Origin: Piromyces finnis finn
Taxonomy: Eukaryota; Fungi; Neocallimastigomycota
Assembly (NCBI GenBank): GCA_002104945.1
Contig: MCFH01000001.1
Location: 2,294,001 to 2,358,000, forward strand
Reading direction: 5' to 3'
DNA length: 64,000 bases
Shown: positions 35,424 to 49,613 of the stretch, in pieces
How the letters are laid out: each line of letters starts with the position of its first letter
Position numbering within the stretch: the stretch's first letter is position 1
Translations under genes and position numbers: made by a program
Notes under the pieces: generated by a model
The model's database searches: none
What the model saw: only the letters and a program-made list of their open reading frames with translations
Told to the model about the DNA's origin: nothing

Positions 35424-37765
35424 TCAGAAACCTAATGTTTCAAGAAAAGCTTTATCATTTGGTTTTCTATATAAGAAACGCTTAATTAAAGTCATAGAAT
35501 CTTCAGTACTACCTTTTCTTAAAACAACATTACGGTATCTTCTACCAATTATTTTATTAAGGACACCATAAGTTTTAAATTGAGAGAACATATCAGCAGC
35601 ATATACTTGACTCCATAAATAACCATAATAATTAACATCATATCCACTCATAATGTGTTCGAATACAGCTATAATTAATAAATTAAAAAAATATCATTGT
35701 TAGTATTTATTACTATAAATAAGATATTTTAAATAAGATATTTTAGGTAATTTACCAATTGGCCAAGTTTCAGTTGGTTCCATCATAGTAATTTCTTTCT
35801 TTAAATCATTCCAAATTTCATAAATATTCATATCTGGATCTTTCTTTTCGATAGAATGAATCTTAATATCAGCATAAGCATAAAGAATTTGTTTAAGATT
35901 ATTAATACCGCTGCTAAAGTTTTTGGATTTAGTAATTGTTTTAATTAATTCATCGGAAAGAGGAACATGTTTTTTGTAATGATATGAAATTCTTTTAAGG
36001 ACTTCTGGTTCCCAAACGAAGTATTCAAGCATTTGAGCTGGACCTTCAACGAAATCCTCTTCAACATTCATACCATTAAAACGTGACCATTTTGTTTCAG
36101 AACATATTTGATGTAAGGCATGTCCTAATTCATGGAAATAGTTAATAACTTCTTTGTGAGTTAATAAAGATGGGGTGTTTTCAGTTGGTTTTGAAAAGTT
36201 AGTCACCATAGCTGCAATTGGATAGTTACGAGATCCGTCTTCCTTAGTGTATCCGTAGTCAACTGAATAATTTGCAATATGATTATACTTTCCTTGACGT
36301 GGATATAAATCAAGATAAAGAGTTCCCAAAAATTCATTTAAAAGGAATTCGTTATCGTAGACCTCAAATTGACGAACTTCTGGAGCCCATACACTTGGGT
36401 TTTCAACTTCAACAAATTTTAATGCGAAAATTTCTTCGTAAATCTTAAAGATTTCTTCAATAACATGAGTCATTGGGAAATATTCTCTTATAACATTATC
36501 ATTAATAGTGTGTTGTTGTTCAAGTAACATTCTTTTGTAATATTCTAATTCCCAGTCATTAAGAGTTTCATTGAATGGTTCATTTAATTCAGCTTTATCT
36601 TTTTTCTTTATTTCTAATAATTGTTTAAGTTCTTCCTTTGCAACTGGTTGAAGTTTTTCTTTAAGACTATCTAAAAATTTGATAACATTTTCTGAATTTT
36701 CAGCCATTTTATTTTGAAGTCTATATTCGCTGTAAGTTTTGTAGCCTAATAATTTAGCTTTTTCATATCTATTATTTTAAAAAATAGAAAAAATAATTAA
36801 TAATAATTCTTTATATTATAAGGGTATAATATTTTTTTATTATTACCTAAGATTAACTGCTTTCTTTAAAACATCAAGATTTTCTTTGCAACGTTGACCT
36901 GAAACAATAGACATCTTTTTTCTAGTATTTTCATTCTTTGCATATTGAGCAACAGCTTTTAATGTGGATGTTAAAGTATTTAAAATGTAGTATTCTTTTC
37001 CTTCAATAATTTCTTTGTCGAAACCTTCAATTATTGTTTCTGGAATACCTTCCAATTCTTCCTTTTCAAAAGAAACTGTTGTTTCATCTATATTATTTTA
37101 AAACCGTAAATTTAAAAAATTAATAATACATTTTAATATGATATTATATTAAAAATAGTATTACCTTCATAAATACAATCAGTGAAAGCATATTCAAGAT
37201 CAGTAATTTGAGAATTTAAGTTATTTAATTTTTCTGAATCTTCTTCTGAGAGATCTAAACCTGCAGCACTGAATTCTTTAATTAATTTTTCCATAAGTCT
37301 TTGATCTTCATCACTTCTAAGTTGCTTTACTCTGTAGGTTAATATGTTTCTTCTAACTTTAAGAATTTTTTTATAAAGATTCTTGTTAGTCCAAACATTA
37401 TCGTAGTGGAAATCTTCAATTTCGTAGTAACATTCAGCAGAGACTCGTCTAATTTCTTTTTCTGGTGCAACATTTTCTAATAAGTAAAGATAGTAACTGA
37501 AATAGGTCATTTCATTTTCAATTTTATTAATAAGAGGAGCAATTACATTTTCAAATGAACTCTTTGAATCAGAGACATTTTCTATTTCTTCAATAATTTT
37601 CTTTTCTTCTTCAATTTTCTGTGAAGTTAGCTCCCTAAGTTCATCAGCAGTGTAGGACCAATTAATTACATGGTGTGGCTCCTGCTTAGGATATATTGTT
37701 CTTGTAAACGATTTCAAAATAAAAAGAGACGAAATAAAAAGAATATTTAAATTTTTAACTTTCAT
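35424..37765 (-). CDS. Peptidase family M3A (thimet oligopeptidase/saccharolysin-like), 4 exons: 37765-37165, 37087-36847, 36768-35756, 35668-35424
   Basis: Zinc motif FHELGHALH, then DFVEGPAQMLE and MSGYDVNYYGYLWSQVYAADMF. GT-AG junctions join the ORF pieces in frame. Hydrophobic N-terminus. Confidence 0.9.
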
Positions 37766-39286
37766 TGTAAAAAATTAACTTTTAATAGTAAACTATATTT
37801 TAATTTATTTTAATTTTATTTTGTTTTATATAATTATTATATTACTATATTATCTTTATTTTTTTAAAAATACCTTCTTTTTTTCCTTTATATATTTTTT
37901 TTGATGTATTAATTTATAATAAATCATTTATGTAATAATATTATTATTTTACAATTTCATTTAATCCTTTAAAAATCATATTTACAATTAAAAACAATAT
38001 TTAAATATTGGGAAAAGTATATATAGGTAATATATGTAAAATAAAAATTTAATTTATTTCAAAGATTCCTATTCCTTGATTATATTAATAATTTTGTTTC
38101 AATCTTATCCTTTAGTTAATTTATATAAAAGTAAATTATTTATTTTTATTTTTTTTTTAAATTTAATTTATTATATTAAAAAATAAAATAAGATCGTAAA
38201 TATTGATATATTAAATATATTAAATACTTATTAAAAATTTTTAAGAATAATTATAAATAATATAAAATATTAATATTAGTTAATGTTTTTTTTTTAAAGT
38301 AAAATAAAATAAATAATTATAATATTAACAAATATTATAACAAATTTCCCATTACTCTAAAACTCTACTTTTTTATAAATATTTAGTATTATGTAATGGG
38401 GAATAGTATGACGATTATAAGATCATTTATTATTATACCATAGGTATTTCTAATTATTATATTTAAAAGGAGATATATTTAATTTATGAATAATAATATT
38501 TAAAATATTATAATATTTAAATATCTTTAATTTTCATATGTGTTTAAAGTGGTTAAAATAATGTAATATTTAAATATCTTTAGTTTTATGAATAAAAAAT
38601 ATTCCAATAATATAATTAATATGATTTAAAGAAAATGAAAAGGTGTTTCTAAATAATAATGATTATAATTTTATAATTCCGAAAGCTTATGAATTATTAT
38701 TATTTTTTTATAAAAAAAATTATTTCATATACCTTAACATTAAATTTTAATATTGTAATAAATCATCCTATTTTTTTATTATTCAAAACTTTAAAAAAAA
38801 TTAATGTTAATTATAAATTAAAATAGTTTTATTTATTTTTAAATATAATATTTCTTATTTTTAAATAAATGAAAAACAGCAGTAATAATAATATTTTTAC
38901 TATTATATAATAAAATTAGTAAAGTAATGAATTTAGTTTTAAAGAAATTTTAAACTATAATTAAATATACGAATATTTATTATTATGATAGATTATGATT
39001 AATCCTTACCTTTTTTTTTTATTTATATTTAAAATATTAAAAATCATATATTAATTAATATTTCTATATATTAATATTTTTTTATTTTTAATTTTAATCC
39101 ATATGATAAATATTTTATAATTATTTATTTATGTTACATAAATTTAACTTTATTTTTCAATATTAATGCCACAGTTAAAAATATATATTTATTGATAATA
39201 ATAAATACAAATAACATAATTTCTTGTAGAAATGTATTCATTTATTCATTAATAATTTTATATATGAAATATATGAATATTAATAA

Positions 39287-39786
39287 TTTTTTTTTTAACT
39301 TCCGAGTGCATTTCCCATCAGTCAGAGTAAGCCCCAATGGTGGTTATTAGAGAAACGTTGGCTCTTTCCTATTGCTATGTGACCCTCCTGGTCTGTCATA
39401 CTGAATCTTCAACCTCGACGCTCACCTAATCCATGTACATTAGATGCACTTCGTTGTACGATGTTTCCAACCATAATGCTAAGCTTCATATAGTTAATTT
39501 GATCACGTGCCAGCATTCCTTAATCAATTTAATGTTTACAATTAAATTGATTAAGGAATGTTACCTGTGTATTTGGCATAACCTATGTCACCATTTATAT
39601 AAAGCTAATTTGAAATGTACCATGCATACTTTGACCCTCTCAGGCCGGCTAGACAAGTGTTAATATCATAGCAGTAAACTAGAAAGTACATTAATACTTA
39701 CATTAATATAATAACCCAACCCATGACAAAACTCAATGGGGAAAATCTACTAGCACTGACATCTGCCTTATGTATACTAAGGAAAC
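39287..39786 (-). mobile_element. tRNA-headed SINE, copy 2 (diverged, B-box deleted, 5'-truncated)
   Basis: T10-AACTTCCGAGTGC start on the + strand, colinear with copies 1 and 3. A 17-nt deletion removes GGGGTCGAACCAGAAGC. Confidence 0.8.
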
Positions 39787-39960
39787 AGTCTATTATTATA
39801 TTATTTTTTTTAAAATCTTTATATAATAAATGCTTTTTTTATTATTAAATATATATATTATGATTATTATCATAATAATAAAATAATAAAATGAATGAAT
39901 TATCATATATTAAAATATCATCAATTTAGATATATTTATAAACGTAGTTAACATCAGGAA

Positions 39961-40509
39961 TTTTTTTTTTTTTTTTTAACTTCCGAGTGCATTTCTCCCA
40001 TCGATCAGAGTTAGCTCCAATGGTGGTTCTTAGAGAAACGTTGGCTCATTCCTATTACTAGGTGGTTGTGACCCTCCTGGTCTGTCATACTGTTTCTTCA
40101 GCTTCGACGCTCACTTAATCCATGTACATTAGATGCATGTCGTTGTACGATATTTCACAACTACAATGCTAAGCCTCTTATAGTCAATTTGATCACGTGT
40201 CAACCGCCCCCTAATGTTTACACTTAAATTGATTAAGGAATATTATGTGTTTTTGGCATAGCCTAAGTCACCACTTATTAAGTTCTAATTTGGAATGTAC
40301 CATGTACACTAGACCCTCTCAGGCCGGCTAGACGAGTGTTATTATCATAGTAGTAAATTAGAAAGTTCATTTATACTTACCTGAATATCATAACCCAACC
40401 CATGGCAAACCCAGTGGGAAAATCCACAGGCACTGACATCTGCGGGGTCGAACCAGAAGCCTTATGTATACTAAGGCAACGCCTTAACAACCAGGATAAA
40501 AACTGGAAC
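39961..40509 (-). mobile_element. tRNA-headed SINE, copy 3 (full length, 12-bp TSD)
   Basis: A17 tail (T-run 39961-39977) and B-box at 40444-40454. TAACATCAGGAA occurs at 39949-39960 and 40513-40524. Confidence 0.87.
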
Positions 40510-41191
40510 GACTAACATCAGGAAAACTTTAAATATTCATTTATTAAACATATATAATATAATTTTGATTATTTTTATCTGTATAAATGATTTGAAAATA
40601 AAATATAATTATTGATTTATTATTTTTAAATAATATTATTATTTGTTACCATATTATATATATATTTAATGAATAAAGAATATTTAAACTTTTTAAGCTT
40701 TTAAATATGGTAAGTTTTTTTTTTAAAAAAATTATAGTTTTAATTTTAATTGTTTCAATTCTTTCTTTTTATTATTTTTTTTTTAAAATATTTTAAATGA
40801 AAGATTTTCAATTATTTTTAGAAGTATGTTTGAATATAATTGTTTTTTCATACATTTAATTTAATAATGAATAAATAATAATTAACATTTTTTTAAGTTG
40901 TAATTTGCAAAGTCAATTTTTTAAATTAATTTTTTAAACCTTGTTTTAATTAAATAATAATAAATAATAATTAACATTTTTTAGTTAAGAATTGCATAGT
41001 TATGAATGTTATATAGAGTTTACATAATTATTATATATTGGTTTATTAAATAATTAAAAATTACAGAGTTATGATTATTATAAAGAGCTTAATCAATTTG
41101 TTTAGTTATTTATATTGAGAAACGATGGAGAAAAAAAATTTTTTTTTAATTTTCCTTTTTCTTTTTTTTTTTTTTAATTATTTAAAAAAAA

Positions 41192-44100
41192 ATGAACGAA
41201 GAAAAAAATAGTGAAATTAAAAGTGATAATAAAAACAATGAAAATAATAATGGCGATGATATAAATAGTGATAACTTTGAAAATAATAATGAATTTAATG
41301 CAATATCTTCATTAAATATCAATAAAATTACTGTAAATATTAAATATTGTATAATTTTTTTTAAGAATTATTGGTATAAGATATATAGTAATATATTTTA
41401 TTTTAATATTTTTATTTTTTATATTCAGAATAGCATATTTAAATATTATAGTACAATTGGAACTAATAAGAAATTATATAAAAACTTAGATGTTTTGTTT
41501 TATTTTATTGAAAGTAATTATAATTTTTATTCTTCTTATTAAAATAATATATAATCAAACATTAATGATATATTTAATGCTATAAAAGTATCACAGTTTA
41601 TTCTATTTTTTTTCAAAAGTAAAGGATTAATTTATTTTCCTAGTAATCTTTCGTCCATATTAGACATCTTTTTTTTAATTTTTCCTAATCAATATTTAAC
41701 GAGTAAGTTTTAGTTAATTCTTATATATTATATAACATAGTTAATTAAATAATAATATCTATATTTATTGTAGTAATAATTAATATCATATCATGGGCTT
41801 TTCTTATTATATTATATGGAAGTTTTTGTAAGAGATTAATTTCACATAATATTCATAAAGAATAAATTTTAAATAAAAAGAATTAGACGAATATAATTAC
41901 TAAAGTAAATATAAATAATATAATAAATTTAATTCTTAGTTATATATGGCATAGGAAGTTCATTTTCATATCAGTAATACTAATAAAATATTAAATATGT
42001 TGAGTAATATTCCAATTATATTATATGTTATTAATTTTTTAATATAAAAACATAAAAATATATATAGAAAAATTCCAAATTGGGTTATAAAGGTAAGTAA
42101 ATAATAATGATATATTTATATCCTTTTTTATATATATATTATTTATTAATATATTATTAATTATTATAAAGTTAAATGTGCTTATATCAAAGTTTTGCTT
42201 TGGGTAAAGATATAAAATAATATAATATATAATAGTATAAAATTATGATATTAAAGTCCTTTCTCCTTTTTTTTTCTGAATTTATTAGACCTCTTTATAT
42301 ACCAAGTAAAGAAAATTGTTAATTAAAAATAAGTAAATAACATTTATTGTATAGTTTATAATAATAAAATTTAATAATATTATAGTATTATATCATTTCT
42401 TTAATGCTTTAAAACAGCAAAATTTAGGTCTTGAGATAATGAATAATTCATATATCATGTAATATAAATATATAATTTTAATGATATTATAATATTTTAA
42501 TATATTGGAATTAAAATTAAAAAATATAAATTTAATGTTTAATATAAAGATATATTGATGCGATTGCGGGAATTATTTTATTTTATATTCAAGCATTATT
42601 GGTATAAAAAAATTAATATATATATATATATATATTAAATTACATGGATATATATTATTTCTTTACATATTCATTTTTTATTATATATTATTATTAATAT
42701 TATTTTCAGAGTTCATATTATTTTGTTGAATTTACACCTTTAAGTAAAACATTAAAAGAAATGTCAAGTTCAACTGTTCAGATATTTCAAAATTTATTTA
42801 TTATTATAGAGGTAATTTACATTAATTTATTAAAAAATAAGAAGAAAAAGTATTAATTATATATATAGTCTTTAAATGCTTTTTTCATTTTTAATCACTT
42901 TAAACTATATTTACCATCGATTGGTTTTACAATTGTTTTAATATTGTATTTATGGTATACCCATTTAAAAATACAACCTTATTACAATATGAGAATTAAT
43001 AATATTTTTGGTGCTATATATTTCTCATTGATTTTTATTGGAATCGAAAATCTTCTTTTTCTTTTAGCAAACATAAATAACAAAAAAAATATTTATTTAT
43101 TGTACTGTGGAACTGGAATTGTATTTTTTGTTTTAGGTTGGTTTATTAATATGTCTTTCTATAAACGAAGTGTTAATAACTTAATCAATAGAATTCAGAA
43201 AAAATATAATCAAAAAAATATTATTGAAAAACTAAAAAGTGATTTAGAAGAGGAACATGGCCTTCAAAATTCCAATAAATCTTTAGAAACCATTGGTAAT
43301 ATAATTATATAAAAACTTCTTTTTTTATATTAATATTTTATCTTATTTTACTAATTTATTCATATAATAATAATTATATATTCTAGTAACTCAAAAAAAA
43401 ATTAATAAAAAAGAAAGATGTTTCAAGAGTTATAAAGATGCTTCATATTTATGCAAATTTATAATGTAAATAAAAATTTACCTTTTTTTTATTAGTAATA
43501 ATTATATTTTTTATGATTTATTTAATATTAATAATTACTATTCTCTGCTCTGTTACTACATATTAGTCATAATCGTTCAACAAAATCATTTTTATTGGTG
43601 GAACGAATATTTAAAGAATGGTATATATATAAAAATTAAAATGGTTAATATTAATTATTAAATATTAATTAATCAAAAACTAAATTTCTCATATATATTT
43701 ATTATAGCATTACTGAATATCCAAGAAATCCATATGTATGTTTACGATAATAAAAATTAAATATCTTAAATGAAATATTAAATTTATTCTGTTTTAATAT
43801 AATTTTTATATAGATTTATATTGATTTTTGGAATCATTTATATGGATTAAGATTATTTATATCTAAAAATGATATATATTATGATGATTATCTTTCACTA
43901 ATAAATGAAATGAATAGATTATCAAATTCAGTTTTATATAAATTATCAAATTTAGAAAGTAATTTAGAGATAAAATTTTTAATTTATGATGCATTTTATT
44001 CTTTTAAAACGAATAAAGATAAGTTTAAGAGAAATAAAAATAACAGGTAATTAATAGAATTATACAAGTACAAATGACTTATATTGTAATTTCTAATAAT

Positions 44101-45751
44101 AATTACATATATTTCAAATTTTCTAAATTTTATATAGTGATGGCGATTGTGGTTTTGGAACAGATTTAGTTAAAGATGTTGCTGTTGAATATCATATTAA
44201 ATCTCTTATAGCATTGAGAAATTTATTTAATGAATTAAAAAATATTAATACAACAAAAAATTTTAATTACATTCTATATTTGAATGATAATTTATCTGAA
44301 GTCTTAAGAAAAGCAAAAAAATATTATACTGTTTATATTAATAAATTTTCTTTTTCTAAAGAAGTTCTAGAATTATATATATCGTTTATTAGAGATGTTC
44401 TGGTAATATTTATTAACATAAAAAATATTAACTCTAGATAAATATAAAATATTAAAATATTATATAATTTATTTTCTTTCATAGAATCAACCCGATGTAG
44501 TTGTAATAATTTAATGAAATAATTGAAAAATAAATAAATATTATAAGCAATTGATTTAATTATTAATAATAAATATATTCTATATTTTATATTATATAAT
44601 GGAAAATATAATTATTATTAATATGAACAACTAAATAATAGGAAGAATTTATCAAAGATTTAGAATATAATGATGTAATATAATCAAATATATATCTTTA
44701 TTAATTTTTTGAATAAATTATAATTAATAATATATTATTATATTACAGATTATAGTGAAAAATAATGAAGAATCAGACAAAAATAACAAGCATTATTCAA
44801 AATCGGAAGGTGCATCAGTTGTTAATGAAGACAAATATAGGCGTATTAAAATATTAAGGTATATAAATAAATTTATTAATTAGTTTTTTTAAATAAAAGT
44901 ATTAAAGATTGTGTTTTTTTGTATAATAGAAATAATTTAACATCCGAATTTAAAAAGCCGATAAATAGTATATATTCTATAATGCAGTATTTTATGTTAA
45001 TTATAATTGGTATTGGAGTTATATGGTAATATAGATAATATTTGCATTTTAAATTTTAATATTTTATATATCTAAGCTTTATTCCATTTTATATTAAAAG
45101 TAATTATAAAAATAGAGAAAATTATAACAGTATTATATATGGAATAACTGGTACTTATAATGGATTTCAATCTCCGTATATCATATCAAAATTGAAATAC
45201 AATGTAAGATTAACATCTCTAGGCTTGGTAGGTGGTAAAACTAACCTAGTTAAGGAATTCATGGATGAGTTAATATTACATGAAGATTTTGTAAGAAATA
45301 TATATGTTCCTTCAATTTATAAACGTTACAGTATTGATCCTATTGGCATATATACAGTAAAACCATTAGATAATGATATATATGATGAAGTTAGAAATGA
45401 AAATTATTTTTTAAATTTAATGAGATTAGAAAGAAACGTTAGAAAATTTATTGATATATGTAAATATAAATAATATTATAAGATTTGAAAATATTATATA
45501 TTATCAATAAAATTGAATCATGTATTAAATATTATATAGATAATGAAATAGAAGAAAGTGGAAGTGAAGTATCATTAGCACTATTAACTTCTCCAATTAT
45601 GAGGTATTTTGAATTTTATTAAATAAATATATAAATAAATTACAAAAATAATAACATACAAATTTTATTATTAACATTAATATAATAAAATTTTTAGGTA
45701 TTTTAAAGGTAAATAATATATATACATAATAATAATAATATATATATATAC

Positions 45752-45796
<45 letters not shown>

Positions 45797-47708
45797 GCAA
45801 ATAGTTTAGGTCAACTTGGTCCGTTATTCATAAATTCGGCTAATTTAATTATTTCCGGAAATCAAGTTTTAATAGATAATACAGTTAATTTTACATATAT
45901 TATTATTGGAATATGTATCATTTTAAATATTATTGTTGTATATTTTGGTGAGGATAAACATATAAATTTTCTATAATAAATATATTTATTAACTTTAATA
46001 TTTTAAATATAATAAAATTAAAGTCATTATACCATCATGTAATAAAAATGTTGAAACAATTCAAAATATATTAAACGTTTTTAAATATATTCCAAATGGT
46101 ATTCTATTAGAGTAAAGATTTTTAAAAATTAAGTAATTATTATTATACTTATTATATATTTTATATGAATTGTTAGAGAGTGTGGATGAAATCATTAATG
46201 AATATGATAAACAAATAGATACTCTTCATGAAAAACATATAAATGATAATATATATGAATCTAATATAAATAATAATGATAATGATAATAATAAAGAAAG
46301 ATATTTATGTAGTACTATGAGAATTAAAACAAAACTAATAACGTTTTCAATAATTTCGTTAATATTATTAATGTTCCCATGCTTATTTATTTTTGTAAGT
46401 GTATATAGTATATTATTGATATTTTTTAACATTTAGAATATAAAATATAAATTAAAGAAATAAGAAAAAAATATAAAAGTAGAATAAAAATTTAAATAAA
46501 AAAATAATACTTTTTTATTTAGGTATTCAATGATGATGTGATGAATGCTATTATCTATTTAGGAAATTCTGTAATTAATATATCATATTTAAGTTTATAT
46601 GGAATGAATATAAAAAAATCTTATAATAAATTATATATATACTTTATAGGCCAAAAGAGTTTATTATGTTAATAGTGTTGGATTAAGTGCATTCGAAACT
46701 ATTTTTCATGACACTACTTCTTTTGGAAAAAAAGTAAATTCTTATTTATTTGAAATGGCTGATATATTACAGGTATATTAAATATATATTATATAATTTA
46801 ATTTTTAAAGAGTATATTATATACAAATATAAAATAAATGAAAATGAATAACATAATTTCAAATAATAAAATATATAAATAGAAAGAAGAAAATAAATTG
46901 AAATCTGGATATTATGGTGCACCATTAACAAGTTTTGAATATCTTAGTGAATTTTTAGGGAAACCAGGATGTGTAAGATCTGAAAGATATAAATACCAAT
47001 GTGAAGAAAGAGAATTTGATGATGGTAAAATACGTATAAATGAAAAAATTGATTTCTATAAAAATATTTATAAATTAATTAAAATTAAAGTAGTGCTATG
47101 ATAAATAACTTCATTAATATATAAATTTAATTTATTATAACCAATTATTAGAATATACAGAAGAATTAGCCAATTCATCTTTAAATTATATAATGACAGA
47201 ATATTTAAATAAACTCAATGATTTCAAAAATAATATGGAAATAATTGATATGATGATTATGTCAAATGAAGAGTTGGGAATAGCATTTGAGCAAACACTT
47301 AAAAATCCATTTATAAAATTCCATAATAAAATTGTTAACGATATTGCTGGACATACTTTCCGATATGTTGAAAAAGCTAGAGAAGAATTAATTAATAGAG
47401 TTTCTTTTTTTCTTCAAATGAGTTTAATTACTCATATAATTATAATTATTATAATAGTATTTATTTATCTTATTTATATTTCAAAACAAATAAGACATCA
47501 GCTACATCTAATAGATGAATTGATTTCGGTTATATTTACTGTCCCATTATCAGTATATCATTCAACGCCTAAACTTAAAGAGTAAAATATTTATATATGA
47601 TATGATATTATAAAATCATCTTAAAATTATTTAATGTATATTATATTAACATATCTATTATAAAATATATTATATTATAGTTTTATAGAAACAGGAAAAC
47701 TGATTTAA
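41192..47708 (+). CDS. Putative multi-exon, multi-pass membrane protein, TmcB/TmcC-like (exon structure not fully resolved)
   Basis: Short coding islands bounded by GT/AG, hydrophobic segments (QPYYNMRINNIFGAIYFSLIFIGI) and a helical-repeat-like LSEVLRKAKKYY..SKEVLELYISFIRDV. Terminal exon ..FIETGKLI* ends at 47708. Family assignment is from recalled motif resemblance only; intactness unverified. Confidence 0.4.
45754..45792 (+). repeat. (AAT)13 microsatellite
   Basis: Direct reading; explains the poly-Leu antisense ORF 45597..45800. Confidence 0.9.
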
Positions 47709-49613
47709 TATTTTCCAGCCAACATTAAAAATTATTTTTTTTTTAAATTGACATTTTTTATATAAAAGAAATTTTATAACTTTGTAAAAAAAAGAACTTT
47801 TATTATAAAATATATTATAAAATTAAAATATTAATTATAAAATTATTAAAAAAATTAAAAGTTCATAGTTAGATAATATAATTTTCTTTTATTTTTTAAG
47901 TAATTATCACAATCAACGAATAAAATATGATTTACAATGTTTTTATAAACTTATTTTTTTTGTATAATTTATAGTTTAATATCATATTATAACTAATTTT
48001 ATAAATACTAAAAATAATACCAATTAATAACAACTTCAAATAAATAAATTGAATATTAATAATTAATTGATAAACTAATCTTTTTTAATATTATATTACA
48101 AGAAAAATTTACATTTACAATTATGTTGTATGTTTATTCTTTATTTTATAAGAGTTATGAATAGTTTTATGATAAATAACATATTCCAGCGATAATAATT
48201 ATTAAATGTCAATACAAATTATTAAACTTTCTATATATTTGAACGCTTTAATTAATAACAATGATATGTTTAATTTTTGAGGGGTAAATGATAATATCAA
48301 TCAAGGAATAGAAAGAACTCTTAAAATTATTTCATATGTTATTGACCAGCATTAAGCAAGAAGTAATACTCTTTGATAGATTCAATTAATTACTGAAAAA
48401 ATAATAAGAAAATTGATAATTATTTTATCTATCAAATAATTTTTTAAATCAATAATTTTACTTAAATATAAGTTTTAAGTTTTCTATTTATTAATTGAGT
48501 TAATTAACACAATTTCTATTTCTTTATTCCTTTAAATTTTAAATATTTTATTTAAAATTCAATTAAATGTATTTTGTATTTATAAAAATATATAAATATT
48601 ACATTTTAATAAAATAAAATTTCTTTAATCTATTTTAATATTAAAAAAAACGAATTATATGAAATTTAACCGCATTTTAACATAAAATTAAATAAATGAT
48701 GATTATTTTGTATATAATATATAAATGAAATGAATAGAATGTATAAAATGTATACAACATATAACAAAAATATTACAAATAAAATATAAAATTAAGGTTA
48801 AATGTTTAGATCAACCCATGAACAAAAATAATATTAAAAAAAAAAGTATTTGAATTTTCTTGGTATTACCATTTAAATAATAGTATATAATAATATGTAA
48901 ATACTATTTCTCAATATATATATGTATGTATAATTAAAATATATATTAATTATTATTGTAATATTTATTTTTTTGATTTTTTTAAAAAAAAATTTTAGTT
49001 AAAACTTTATTTATAATAAATATAATTTTTTAATATATATTAAAGAACAAAAACAAACAAAAATGAAAATATTATAAATTAAAGTTTATATATTTTGAAT
49101 ATTTAATGTTAATTAAAATGTGGATAAAAATTATTATTAAGTTATTTTAATATATATTAAATGAGTAATTTTTTAATAATAAAAATATATATTAAAATAG
49201 AAAAGTATATTATGTATATGTGATTATATAAATAAAAAAAACAATATATTTAATTTATTTGTTTAACGTACAATTAGAACAATTAAAATATATTGTAGTT
49301 TGTTAATTGCCAATATTTCAATATATATTCATATGTTTAATGGAAAGTATGATTCATACTTATTTTAATTAATACAAAAATGTTAGGTAATAATATGTTA
49401 TTATATTTAAATTGAAATACTAAGAAAAAAAAAAGAGATAGTGAAAAAGTGAAAAATATATAAAAACATTAAAAAAGTACATAAAATTTCTAAATTTTAA
49501 AAAATTCAAGTTAAAAATTTTAATAGTAGAAATAATATTAATGTTAGAAAATTTATAAAATAAATCTTTCTTCAATTAAAAATTAATAAAAAATAATAAT
49601 TTTTTTATTTAAA

